A stretch of DNA of 64,000 bases from the UHGV virus genome UHGV-0076294. One strand, given 5' to 3'. The first letter of the stretch is position 1. Each line of letters begins with the position of its first letter. Shown here one piece after another: positions 1 through 9,125 of this stretch. A program made the position numbers and the translations under genes. The notes under the pieces are model-generated. The model saw nothing but the letters and a program-made list of their open reading frames with translations. It made no database searches and was not told where the DNA came from. The DNA comes from a virus.

Positions 1-168
1 GCAAAATTCCCTGGGTCAAAGAATCCTTATTTGCTGCTGGCTGTTATTGTTGCCCAGCAGAAACGTGCAGGCGAACGTTGGTTACCGAAAGAAGCGAAAG
101 AGTATATTCGTAAACATCCGAAGGCTTTCTATTCCGTAGGTCAATGGCGTAACCTCCCACTCTTTTAA
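1..168 (+). CDS. hypothetical protein, C-terminal fragment (gene truncated by window start)
   Basis: Frame +1 is open from base 1 to TAA at 166-168 (...YSVGQWRNLPLF*); co-oriented with downstream genes. Confidence 0.5.
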   Translation, partial: AKFPGSKNPYLLLAVIVAQQKRAGERWLPKEAKEYIRKHPKAFYSVGQWRNLPLF

Positions 169-221
169 CTTTTTTACAAAACCCTTAGTTGATTTGAATA
201 AACCTAAAGAGGACTATTAAA

Positions 222-1157
222 ATGACTTTTCCATCTGAAGTAATTTACGAACTGGCTAACACACTACGTCGTCACTATAGCGCCAAGATGATGCAAACCC
301 ATGTGGGTGCGACCGCTGACTTTTTGCGCGGCCATTTCCTGGGCAATAACCCGCCATCTATTACACAGGAAACGGTTTTCTCTATCGATCGTGCCTCCTT
401 AATTCTTCCAATCGACCACGCCATTGCGGTTCAAGAAGGGAATACGTTCAACTTCTCTATGGGAATGCGACGTTCGTCTATCGCCGTTAACTCAAACATG
501 GGAAATAACCCGTCTTTCGTACAGAACACGCACTCTGCAGAACACGGTAACTGGTTCGTTGTTGTAGAACAAGGCGTGAATCAGTATGACGTTGTTGCAG
601 CTCGCGATGAATCTTTCTTTGAGCTGGGACAGATTTCTCGCCGTCGTGAAATTGCGCTTGACCTACGTCAAGGTAATATCGGATTAAGTGGGACCAGTGT
701 CTATTTCATCCTGAGCAGTTGGGCACATGTAAGTTATGTGCTGAAAAATGCCAGTCCGACGTTCCACGCAACGACGGTAGAATTTCGTGGCCTTGAGATA
801 GAATATCGTGACGAAGAAGAAACGGTACCTGGCACAGAGGTCGCCATTTGTGAAAACTACGATGATCTGAAATCTGTGCTTGTTAAGCGTGATGTTTTCG
901 AATCGTTAAACTTGGATTTCCCCGGCGATGAAAATGAAATATCCGTAGCTGACCTGGTAGAAACATTGTGTCAGAAAGACCAAGCTAACGAAATTAGCGA
1001 CGAAGAAGCAGAACTCTTCCAAGTTCAACAACTCATCAGCAAGGTTATCGGCGGTCAGGAAATTGTTGACACCCTTATGGCTTTACCACCGAAGAAACGT
1101 ACTCAAAAGTACATTCGTGAACTGGTTCTTGAAAACCTGGGTCAAGCCAAAAAGTAA
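222..1157 (+). CDS. hypothetical protein (tandem paralog A1)
   Basis: 311-aa ORF with SD-like AAAGAGG upstream. N-terminus MTFPSEVIYELANTLRRH and block VYFILSSW align with the next ORF. Followed by a terminator. Confidence 0.85.
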   Translation: MTFPSEVIYELANTLRRHYSAKMMQTHVGATADFLRGHFLGNNPPSITQETVFSIDRASLILPIDHAIAVQEGNTFNFSMGMRRSSIAVNSNMGNNPSFVQNTHSAEHGNWFVVVEQGVNQYDVVAARDESFFELGQISRRREIALDLRQGNIGLSGTSVYFILSSWAHVSYVLKNASPTFHATTVEFRGLEIEYRDEEETVPGTEVAICENYDDLKSVLVKRDVFESLNLDFPGDENEISVADLVETLCQKDQANEISDEEAELFQVQQLISKVIGGQEIVDTLMALPPKKRTQKYIRELVLENLGQAKK

Positions 1158-1165
1158 TTTAAATC

Positions 1166-1199
1166 CCCTACTCCCGGAGGAGTAGGGTTAATTCTTTTT
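1166..1199 (+). terminator. rho-independent terminator, stem CCCTACTCC/GGAGTAGGG
   Basis: 9-bp stem, 4-nt loop, then TTAATTCTTTTT. Confidence 0.75.
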
Positions 1200-1218
1200 C
1201 CATCTTAGGAGTATTAAA

Positions 1219-1767
1219 ATGTTTCCATCATCTGAATATTTAACCCACCTGGCTTACGGTATTCGTCGAGGTTCTGTTTTCCGTACACGTTTAAAGGACG
1301 TAAATTTCCTGGCTAATTTCTTATTTAACCATTTGGGAGATGGAACTAACGTTTACAAAAAGATCACCACAACACAACTTTATTCCCTTATAGCGGCGTC
1401 TGAAATTGTACCTACAGATATTTGGCGATTCAAGCGTTATAACGGAGATATTACGATCAGTTTTCTTGATCATTCTCCTATTACCGTTGAAATCGTCGAA
1501 CGCGTTGATATTAATAGTGAAGTGTCTGGTTGGAAGATTCTGTTTGATTGTGGCAATCGTTATGCGGTACTTGGCTCCTCTGATGAACGTGACTTCCCAT
1601 TCGACAAACCCTACTACTACCTCAGCGAAGATGATTTCCCGGATAAAGAATCCAATATCTTTTTAAACGGGGATACCGTTTACTTCATTTTTCGTACTTG
1701 GAACGATGTTGCTGCTATGATTGCTCAAGGTGTCATCGATTACCGTAAACTAGAAGTCGACATTTAA
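1219..1767 (+). CDS. hypothetical protein (tandem paralog A2)
   Basis: 182-aa ORF, SD TAGGAG. MFPSSEYLTHLAYGIRRG and VYFIFRTW match the upstream paralog. Followed by a bidirectional terminator. Confidence 0.85.
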   Translation: MFPSSEYLTHLAYGIRRGSVFRTRLKDVNFLANFLFNHLGDGTNVYKKITTTQLYSLIAASEIVPTDIWRFKRYNGDITISFLDHSPITVEIVERVDINSEVSGWKILFDCGNRYAVLGSSDERDFPFDKPYYYLSEDDFPDKESNIFLNGDTVYFIFRTWNDVAAMIAQGVIDYRKLEVDI

Positions 1768-1776
1768 AATAAAAGC

Positions 1777-1813
1777 TACCCTACTCCTTTTCGGGAGTAG
1801 GGTAATTTCTTTT
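1777..1813. terminator. bidirectional terminator, stem TACCCTACTCC/GGAGTAGGGTA
   Basis: 11-bp stem between convergent genes; A-run upstream, T-run downstream. Confidence 0.8.
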
Positions 1814-2435
1814 AGTTAACTAACCCGTTAGCTTTAAGAATCTCTAACATCTGGTTGTTTAACTCTTTTAATTTTTTGTTTTCGTTTGTCAACGAAGTAA
1901 CTTGTTCTGACAACGGAATAGCCTCTCGAATTTTCCTTTTCCGAGCCGCTTCCATTTGCAGGTGTTGCTCCTCCGTCACTTTCCCTTCATACTCCATGGT
2001 CGTGATTTCGACTTTCGGGTCGATACCCAACGTACGGGTAAGAATATCCGAAACGTCTTTAGTCATCACCGACACATCTACATAATCCGGTACAAACGAT
2101 AAGTCCACCACCATCACATTACGCTGGTACGCGATTCCCGATAAACCGGGGCACGATTCTACGTAAGTGTCGGGGATATAAACGACTTGACCATCGCGTG
2201 ATTTAAACGTAAGTATTGACGCGTTAACAGTGGCATCAGCAAGATATTCTTCTCGCTCCAACCCAACGGGCTTGTAATACTCGTTGTAAACATCAATATT
2301 CTGACGTACTAAATCTGGGAAGGTACGTGATGCCTCCACCGTGAAGATAACCGTTTCGGCTAACGTAAACGGTGTTTTTACCTTAAATAAACCCGTTGTG
2401 TTAACGGGAACCAAAAGAGGTAAACGCGTAGCCAT
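1812..2435 (-). CDS. hypothetical protein with C-terminal coiled-coil-like tail (possible virion protein)
   Basis: 207-aa ORF starting 4 nt after the upstream minus-strand gene ends. Charged heptad-like C-terminus (EEQHLQMEAARKRKIRE...KKLKELNNQMLEILK). Confidence 0.8.
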   Translation of the reverse strand: MATRLPLLVPVNTTGLFKVKTPFTLAETVIFTVEASRTFPDLVRQNIDVYNEYYKPVGLEREEYLADATVNASILTFKSRDGQVVYIPDTYVESCPGLSGIAYQRNVMVVDLSFVPDYVDVSVMTKDVSDILTRTLGIDPKVEITTMEYEGKVTEEQHLQMEAARKRKIREAIPLSEQVTSLTNENKKLKELNNQMLEILKANGLVN

Positions 2436-2438
2436 TCA

Positions 2439-3812
2439 TTACTCCTCGTCGATTTCAGTGTACCATTTCGCTTTACGAGACAGTATGCGATATTCGACGT
2501 TATCGTATTCAAACACCCAGAAGTAGTTATCGGGATCAGCTTCATCAACGAGTTTCACGACATCCAGACTGGTCTGGTACGGATGGTATTCTTCCGCTGC
2601 TATTAGTGCCTGGAAGAACAATGCTAACCACTCGGTGGTGGATTTTGACATTCGTGCAATGTCTGGGTTCGTTGTTGCAATCAGTGCGTAGTCTGGTAAC
2701 GTCTCGTGTAAGGTATTCTTACGAGTGTCGTTCTCAGGGCCACTGATAACCACCATGTTCAGCGATTTATACACGGTAGGTAAATCGGTAACATCCGTTG
2801 TCGGTTTGCTTACCGTATTACTATTTCTTTCTGCAACAGACTGATCAGACCATTCCCCAAACTTTGTAATGGCTTTGACCCAGAAATCATATGGAAGGAT
2901 GGGGGAATAGAGAGCCGCCACGTCTTCCTCATTCGGTATACCACGGATTTTCCACCCCGGAACCATTGTGAATTTCGTAGTGGTAAAGATCTCAGGGAAT
3001 ACCTTCACCCCAATCGGAACCGTAAAGCTGGAGTTTGCAAGAATATGTTCACGCAACGCTTGCTTTATTTTCGTTGGGTTTTTTCCTGCACGTCCGTAAA
3101 TGATAACCGACATTGGAACAACCAGTGTTGACTCGTAGTTTTCTTGGTCATGCCAGGTGTAGTAGTTAGTTTGGATGGCAGTATACGGGAACCCTGCCAT
3201 TAACTCGTTGATTTTCTTATGGTGTTCGGTAAGGTTAAACCCTTCCATCGCTTTTTCAACGACTGACTTTGTGGCCAAGAATGTGTCGATTGGCTCAATC
3301 GGCATCTGTACTTCGATTTCAAAACCCGTGTAGTCCTGGTCGAAGTCTTCATCCGAGAACCAAACTATGATTTGGTTATCTACATCAGTGTCATCTTGTA
3401 CTTGATCTGCTGTTGCTTCATATTTCCAGCTCACCCAACGTGGGAACCAGTTACTGTTCGTCTGGATCATCGCACCGGACTGAACACCGGAAATGGTTGT
3501 TTGGAATTGACCTAATAATAGGCGCTGGAATTCAAGTTCGTCATTTCTCAGATTCCCCAAGATGGCTTGCTGGTAAATCCATTGAGAAACGGTTAGAATA
3601 TGATCAGAAAACTCGGCTGGAACAACAACCGTCTGTTTTTCTCGTTTAGACGTAAATGTCACCAACTGCACTTGCAGATTGGATTTAGTAAACGTCTGTT
3701 TACTCTTCGCGTACGAGAGGGTCAGATCAGACAGCTCACCTACCGGAGCGGTGACGCCGTCCTGATTGTCAAACAGAGCCGGTATCTGAATAAAACCTTG
3801 TAAGTCTAACAT
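2439..3812 (-). CDS. hypothetical protein
   Basis: The track ORF extends to 3872. The ATG at 3812 (MLDLQGF...) has GGAG 11 nt upstream and avoids overlap with the divergent gene at 3838. 457 aa. Confidence 0.75.
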   Translation of the reverse strand: MLDLQGFIQIPALFDNQDGVTAPVGELSDLTLSYAKSKQTFTKSNLQVQLVTFTSKREKQTVVVPAEFSDHILTVSQWIYQQAILGNLRNDELEFQRLLLGQFQTTISGVQSGAMIQTNSNWFPRWVSWKYEATADQVQDDTDVDNQIIVWFSDEDFDQDYTGFEIEVQMPIEPIDTFLATKSVVEKAMEGFNLTEHHKKINELMAGFPYTAIQTNYYTWHDQENYESTLVVPMSVIIYGRAGKNPTKIKQALREHILANSSFTVPIGVKVFPEIFTTTKFTMVPGWKIRGIPNEEDVAALYSPILPYDFWVKAITKFGEWSDQSVAERNSNTVSKPTTDVTDLPTVYKSLNMVVISGPENDTRKNTLHETLPDYALIATTNPDIARMSKSTTEWLALFFQALIAAEEYHPYQTSLDVVKLVDEADPDNYFWVFEYDNVEYRILSRKAKWYTEIDEE

Positions 3813-3837
3813 AATTAAAAATACTCCGAGGTGAGCA

Positions 3838-4341
3838 ATGGGTTCATTTCTTAAAGTGCTTCCGTTCTTCATTCAGATGTTGATGGAAGCATTTAAACCA
3901 GGAGAAGGAGAGAACGTATCAAGAGCAAACAAGATAATGACTTTAATCATCACGGTCTTGTTATCCTACTCGGCTTTCGTCTCCTATGCGTACGTAGTGC
4001 AGTTTCACAAGCTCGTTACAGTACAATCGCATGATCAATACATGTCGCAATCTTACCAAGAGATGAAGCAAGATCGTGACAAACTGAAAGATGATAATGG
4101 TAGATTATACGACAAGCTCTTTATTTGCCTCGGCCAGAAACCGCCATATGAAAGCGGGTACAGCTCGGTAAAAGAAGACGTCTCTGCCAAAGATTTAACA
4201 CCTAAGAAACCAGAAACTCCTGTTAGCCCAGCTTCAACACCAGAACAACGCAAAGAAGCTTCGGCACGACCTGTTGGTAGTCAAGACGCTAACAGTTTCC
4301 GTCAGGAGATCATAAAGACGTTATCGTCACCTAAGGAGTAA
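3838..4341 (+). CDS. membrane-anchored coiled-coil protein (i-spanin-like topology, function unproven)
   Basis: 167 aa with strong SD GAGGTGA 4 nt upstream. One hydrophobic helix (IMTLIITVLLSYSAFVSYAYVV), then a charged helical segment and a Pro/Ser-rich tail. Confidence 0.75.
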   Translation: MGSFLKVLPFFIQMLMEAFKPGEGENVSRANKIMTLIITVLLSYSAFVSYAYVVQFHKLVTVQSHDQYMSQSYQEMKQDRDKLKDDNGRLYDKLFICLGQKPPYESGYSSVKEDVSAKDLTPKKPETPVSPASTPEQRKEASARPVGSQDANSFRQEIIKTLSSPKE

Positions 4342-4344
4342 CTG

Positions 4345-4800
4345 ATGAAATCGCTGTTATTCATCATGATTTTGTGCGTGGGTTTGGTGAGTAATAGCTA
4401 TGGAGAACCCGGTAAACGGTCATCCTATACTGCGTTACAGCCTCCGCCAGCGCCACCTATCATGTTAAATTGGAAAATTGATAAAGACGCGATGCGGGAA
4501 TATGTTGCGGATGTGAATACATACGCTTATTACGTTTATCTCTACACACGAAACTTAAATCAGCAAGCAGTCAAACGCGGGTGGAATCCACCGATGTTAG
4601 CACCTATCTGCGAACGGTTTGAAATTCCTAAATTACATTCCGTTCCAGAAAAGATGCTATTAGACGAGAAAGCGTTAACGCCACAAGAAATCAGTCGGGA
4701 TTTATCACGTAAACTGAATTCGTTGTTGTGGAATTATCGCTCTGACCGGCAAGCTTTATTAGACGCCTACGATCAGTATCTGACAACGTGTTTGAACTGA
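4345..4800 (+). CDS. secreted/periplasmic protein with N-terminal signal peptide
   Basis: 151 aa, SD AAGGAG. Signal-like MKSLLFIMILCVGLVSNSYG then EPGK...PPPAPP. Followed by a UUCG-loop terminator. Confidence 0.75.
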   Translation: MKSLLFIMILCVGLVSNSYGEPGKRSSYTALQPPPAPPIMLNWKIDKDAMREYVADVNTYAYYVYLYTRNLNQQAVKRGWNPPMLAPICERFEIPKLHSVPEKMLLDEKALTPQEISRDLSRKLNSLLWNYRSDRQALLDAYDQYLTTCLN

Positions 4801-4805
4801 CAACG

Positions 4806-4845
4806 CCTCCTGTATCCTTCGGGGTACAGGAGGTATTTTCTTTTT
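4806..4845 (+). terminator. rho-independent terminator with UUCG loop
   Basis: CCTCCTGTAtCC ttcg GGgTACAGGAGG, then TATTTTCTTTTT. Confidence 0.8.
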
Positions 4846-4887
4846 AACGTTTAACCCCCTTCTAATGTATAGAGAAAGGAGCTTAAC

Positions 4888-5622
4888 ATGACATACCCGA
4901 AAACGATTCAACCCACCTTACCGACGCTGGTAATTGGTGCTGACGCAGAAACCAAATCACTGCGTCCTGATGCGTATTTGTTAACCACAGGCTTAGTTGC
5001 CTTTGACGTACCGACTTTAAAAATGGTAGGGTCGTCGTATATGCGTATTGATCCTAACGACCCTAAAGCAAAAGCTGTGTTCCACGAAGACCCGCAAACC
5101 GTGGGGTGGTGGGAAGGTAAAGGAGAACCTGAATACGCGCCGTCTCGTGAAGCCTACACGGAAGCATGGGGTGGTACAACTCCTATGCCGGAAGCGCTGT
5201 GGGCAATGCGGAAGTGGTTAGACGAAATCACCGGCAAACACAATTTCGTTATTACCATGCGTGGGCCAGATTTCGATTCTCCGATTTTCATGAACGCGTT
5301 CGCACAATGTGACGTCCCTCCAGGTAAGTTCCGTAAGTTTAGTGCGTTAGACAGCGACCGCACCGCAGAGCGTTTAGCGCTGGCGTTTGGTTTTGAGCCT
5401 GACTTGACCGTTGAGCAAGTTTACTGGACGCGGGGTAAACCGGCATTTGAACACCATGCTTTGTGGGATGCCGCGAAAGAAGCGTACACCACCGCACGTA
5501 TTTATCACCTTGCACTGATTACCCGCGAGTATGGGTACGAACGTGCTAAAACCTGTCACGAAGAACTGAAAACCGGTGAGTATATTCCACCACAGATTCG
5601 TGATCAGTTAACCAGGGATTAA
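4888..5622 (+). CDS. DnaQ-like DEDDh 3'-5' exonuclease
   Basis: 244 aa. Exo I VIGADAET, Exo II GPDFDSPIF and Exo III HHALWDAAKEA give the DEDDh signature. Confidence 0.75.
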   Translation: MTYPKTIQPTLPTLVIGADAETKSLRPDAYLLTTGLVAFDVPTLKMVGSSYMRIDPNDPKAKAVFHEDPQTVGWWEGKGEPEYAPSREAYTEAWGGTTPMPEALWAMRKWLDEITGKHNFVITMRGPDFDSPIFMNAFAQCDVPPGKFRKFSALDSDRTAERLALAFGFEPDLTVEQVYWTRGKPAFEHHALWDAAKEAYTTARIYHLALITREYGYERAKTCHEELKTGEYIPPQIRDQLTRD

Positions 5623-5624
5623 GA

Positions 5625-7136
5625 ATGAAGAACGTTGATGTTGCTGTACTTTATACCGACGGTAGCCATTTAACCTCACCGATGGGAACAGGCGGTGGGA
5701 TTCACGGCTACCTGTTTAACAAGGAAGAGATTGTTGACGGTGGCGTTTATCGCCACCCTACCATTCCCGAAGGGATTACGACCTCTGGTTATCGTCAGAT
5801 TAACAAAGAGGAAAAACTTCCTGCGTTACCAGACTCTGTTGAGTTCGTAGACTGTGTTATTCCGGTACCGAAACACCACCACTCTGATGTTGCAGAGATT
5901 GTTGCTTTTTTAACCGTTTTCGAAAAAGCACCGTTCGTTGCAAAAAACTACGTTATCTATATCGACGCGTCTTACGTTGTGAATACGTTTAACGATTGGA
6001 TTGACGGTTGGGCTAAGCGGGACTGGCGACGGGCTGATGGAACCCCTATCGCGAACCTTGAACTGGTTCAACGGATGTGGGAAATTAAGAAACGTCTGAA
6101 GAGAGAAGGGAAAGGGATTCGTGTTCTTAAAATCAAAGGACACTCTGGTCACTACGGTAACGAACGGGCTGACGGGCTGGCACGAAAGGGATCATCCATC
6201 TCTGCGCACGGAGAAGGTTTAGATTATCAGGCGTACTGGTCAGCAGACGAAATCCCGGAAGAACAGCAGGAAGAAATCGTCAGTGAAGGCGTTAACGTTG
6301 CCGCGTTTCCTGATATTTGCGTAACTAAGTTCTGTTACCCGATGGTAAATGAGCAACACCCTACGGTTAAAGTAAACGGTGAAAATCTCTATTACATGTT
6401 CGGGGGTAACCACGCAAAACAGAAGGACGATATTGTCTTCGTCGGAAAATACATCCCTGATGCGCAGTTTTGTGTGATGTTTACACGTGAACCGTGGACG
6501 AACGTTTACGATTTGGTTAACGCCCACGCTGCTAAAGCCTGGGAGGGCGTACCACGTTTGCGTCAGTTTGACCCTATCGCTGTTGTGTTCAACCTGTTCG
6601 TAAAACGTAAGAAGTTTGCGGAAGCAGCGGCTAACGGTATCCCGGTTGACAAAATGCACTTTAGCGAAGACAAAAACCTGTGGATGTACGAAGACTTGTC
6701 TATCAGTCGTATTCTGCGTCCCGCGTTATTGTCATACCGCTGCGTAACCATTCGTGATGAACTGGCAGAGTGGCTGCGTGACTGTTTGGAAGGCAAATCG
6801 AACGTTGTCTTAAATGACATTACCGATTTGCTTTATGACGAAAAAGGTAAACCCACCAAAGACTTTTACCGAAACGTGGATAAAGGGTTTGACGTTTCCA
6901 TTAAAATTCCTAACGGGAAGGTTGACGTTAAAACTATTCTGACGCGTGCTATCGACATACCGACACGTACGGAAATCAACCGTATCAAAGAACCAAACGG
7001 GAGATTCTACATTGCCGTACGACGTCCAGAACGTCAGTATATTGAATATGCGTTAGTGTATATCGGTGAGAAGTATCATGGTCTGTGGTGTGGTTATTAT
7101 TCAAACAAACGAATATTGACCGATAAGGAACTTTGA
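5625..7136 (+). CDS. RNase HI domain protein with ~310-aa C-terminal extension of unknown function
   Basis: 503 aa. The first ~190 aa carry RNase HI blocks YTDGS, AEIVAF, IDASYV and HSGHYGNERADGLARKG. The rest has no motif I recognise. Confidence 0.85.
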   Translation: MKNVDVAVLYTDGSHLTSPMGTGGGIHGYLFNKEEIVDGGVYRHPTIPEGITTSGYRQINKEEKLPALPDSVEFVDCVIPVPKHHHSDVAEIVAFLTVFEKAPFVAKNYVIYIDASYVVNTFNDWIDGWAKRDWRRADGTPIANLELVQRMWEIKKRLKREGKGIRVLKIKGHSGHYGNERADGLARKGSSISAHGEGLDYQAYWSADEIPEEQQEEIVSEGVNVAAFPDICVTKFCYPMVNEQHPTVKVNGENLYYMFGGNHAKQKDDIVFVGKYIPDAQFCVMFTREPWTNVYDLVNAHAAKAWEGVPRLRQFDPIAVVFNLFVKRKKFAEAAANGIPVDKMHFSEDKNLWMYEDLSISRILRPALLSYRCVTIRDELAEWLRDCLEGKSNVVLNDITDLLYDEKGKPTKDFYRNVDKGFDVSIKIPNGKVDVKTILTRAIDIPTRTEINRIKEPNGRFYIAVRRPERQYIEYALVYIGEKYHGLWCGYYSNKRILTDKEL

Positions 7137-7804
7137 TGCTGATTGTTTTTAGTCAAGCGTTATCGATGGCACCGAGTTATATCCAGATACGCTTTTCAGC
7201 AATTGCGCGTCAGCAGTGGGGCTTTAAAGCCCCCTATTCTGACGACCACTATACACTCGGTGAAGTAGCACTTGAACTTGCTTTACGTTCATTGTGGGAA
7301 ATCATTGCATTGTACAATGCAGGTTGTGATATACCGAAAGATTGTTTCCCACAGCGGGTGATTGCACAAGGCACTACGAACACTTACGGTAATCCGGCAT
7401 TGGTGGAAGAGTGCTTAGGCTACGCTAACCAGTCTGGGGAACTGCAACATAACTTTAATCTGGTGATTAACAAAGTCTGGAGTGAGCTGGAAAGCTACCC
7501 TGAAAAGATTATCTGGTTTGATCGTAACCAATTCGTTAAGGAGGTGGCCAGTAAACGACCCGTACGTTTAGTTGCCTTAAAGCCCACCGACCTTGATTTG
7601 AAACAAACCTATCCCTTCCCAGAGGAAATTCGACTTTCTCCAGAAACCGTAGGTCACACTATTTTCAAACAAGGTGACGCCTGGATACTTCCTCACGATC
7701 TAGACCGTTTCCTGCTCAACTCCGATCAGATTCACTCCGGCTATGATTCTCTCGTAAAAGAGTTTCACATCGATCCCTATTTCGCTAAAAACTTTCTTAG
7801 ATAG
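7136..7804 (+). CDS. hypothetical protein
   Basis: 222 aa from an ATG overlapping the upstream stop (TGATG). The track start at 7133 is TTG. Confidence 0.7.
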   Translation: MLIVFSQALSMAPSYIQIRFSAIARQQWGFKAPYSDDHYTLGEVALELALRSLWEIIALYNAGCDIPKDCFPQRVIAQGTTNTYGNPALVEECLGYANQSGELQHNFNLVINKVWSELESYPEKIIWFDRNQFVKEVASKRPVRLVALKPTDLDLKQTYPFPEEIRLSPETVGHTIFKQGDAWILPHDLDRFLLNSDQIHSGYDSLVKEFHIDPYFAKNFLR

Positions 7805-7821
7805 ATATTATTCAGGTGTAG
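7800..7821 (+). promoter_or_regulatory. promoter-like motif, copy 1: GATAGATATTATTCAGGTGTAG
   Basis: Shares GAYAGATATTAT + N4-6 + GTG(A/T)AG with three other sites. Lies 20 nt upstream of ATG 7842. Confidence 0.4.
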
Positions 7822-7841
7822 AACCCTCGGAGTTAATCACC

Positions 7842-8579
7842 ATGTTGAAAGTTTATGTCCCTCAATTACAACGTATTAATCCCTCGTTGTTCGAGGGATT
7901 CTTTTATAAAATTTGGCCACAATACTTCAATGAACACCTGAAAGACTCAAAATGGTCATCTGTCCAAGGAGAATTCTTTTACACCGCACAATCAGCCTGT
8001 ACAAATGTCTTTACCCACCTCATCTCTGAGGTTATTGACGCTGTCAACACCAACCGAAACTTTGACCTTCGTGACGTCATAATAGATCTCTCAGCGATCT
8101 TCGATAACTACGATTGCGATGACGCAGTATTCGAACATTTCTCCTCTGAAGATGTGTGGGAGGCCGTTTATCAATGGCTAGAATACTACGTGAATTTTCT
8201 ACTTTCCTCGAACATGTTAGAAAATTACAATAAAGCACTCTTTCCCATTTATAACGACTTAATGAACGTTAAACTGACAAAGAATCTCGTTGGTTTTTGG
8301 TATTCGACCTACGACGCTGAAAGCAGGTTGTGGGAAAAAGAAATGATCGCTTACGGCATCGAGCGCGGCGATTATGATGAATTATATCGATGTTATTGGC
8401 CATTCAATCATTACGAAAAAGGGTGTCAAGGCGATCCGTATTTGTGGTCTTTTTATTTCTGTAATCAGACTGGTGTTATTTATCTTGAAGACACCGGTGT
8501 ACGAATCCCTAACGGTACTGATGTAACATACTGCCAATTACGTAAAGACCGGGCTGACGCCATTTATCAGGATTATTAA
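7842..8579 (+). CDS. hypothetical protein
   Basis: 245-aa ORF, SD CGGAG upstream, co-oriented operon. Confidence 0.75.
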   Translation: MLKVYVPQLQRINPSLFEGFFYKIWPQYFNEHLKDSKWSSVQGEFFYTAQSACTNVFTHLISEVIDAVNTNRNFDLRDVIIDLSAIFDNYDCDDAVFEHFSSEDVWEAVYQWLEYYVNFLLSSNMLENYNKALFPIYNDLMNVKLTKNLVGFWYSTYDAESRLWEKEMIAYGIERGDYDELYRCYWPFNHYEKGCQGDPYLWSFYFCNQTGVIYLEDTGVRIPNGTDVTYCQLRKDRADAIYQDY

Positions 8580-8580
8580 C

Positions 8581-9123
8581 ATGAAATTACTTATCGATTT
8601 TTCTCTGAGTTCGTCACGCGACAGGCTAAATAAAATACTTACTGAAATGCGAAGTAAAGTGACGTTAGAATTGCACGATGCGATAGCGGTATACGAGAGA
8701 AAGCTAACGAAAGAGAACAACGGGGAGACCGTGGTGATCTTAGACGCTAAAGCGATGGTGGATTTTCTGGTAGACGTTTTAGAAAGACGGATACACGCAG
8801 TGATAGAACGACCCTACCTGGTTCGTGTGACCGACCCAGACACTACGGTAGATTCGATACTGGAAAAAGCATTCGTTGACGCAGCACACTATTTACAAAA
8901 TCATTCCCCAGACGATTTCGAAACGATTTACGTTGGTGTTATACAGCAACAGAATGCTGAAACCAACATAGTCGATACTGTGTGCTGGAGCGATATTCTT
9001 ACTAATGAAACCATGTCTCGCATTCGAGATATCTTTATTGAAAATTTGGCATTAGTAAAAAGGGTGTGTAGTTCCGAGATTATTTATTTATCATCGAAAT
9101 ACGAAAAACCTAAAGGGGTATAA
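8581..9123 (+). CDS. hypothetical protein
   Basis: 180-aa ORF starting 1 nt after the upstream stop. Confidence 0.75.
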   Translation: MKLLIDFSLSSSRDRLNKILTEMRSKVTLELHDAIAVYERKLTKENNGETVVILDAKAMVDFLVDVLERRIHAVIERPYLVRVTDPDTTVDSILEKAFVDAAHYLQNHSPDDFETIYVGVIQQQNAETNIVDTVCWSDILTNETMSRIRDIFIENLALVKRVCSSEIIYLSSKYEKPKGV

Positions 9124-9125
9124 CC

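Noticed and set aside
4345-4800. o-spanin lipoprotein call for the 151-aa secreted protein
   Set aside because: The only candidate lipobox is MILC, with Leu at -1, which is atypical. A signal peptidase I site (SYG/EP) fits better, and the size is much larger than typical o-spanins.
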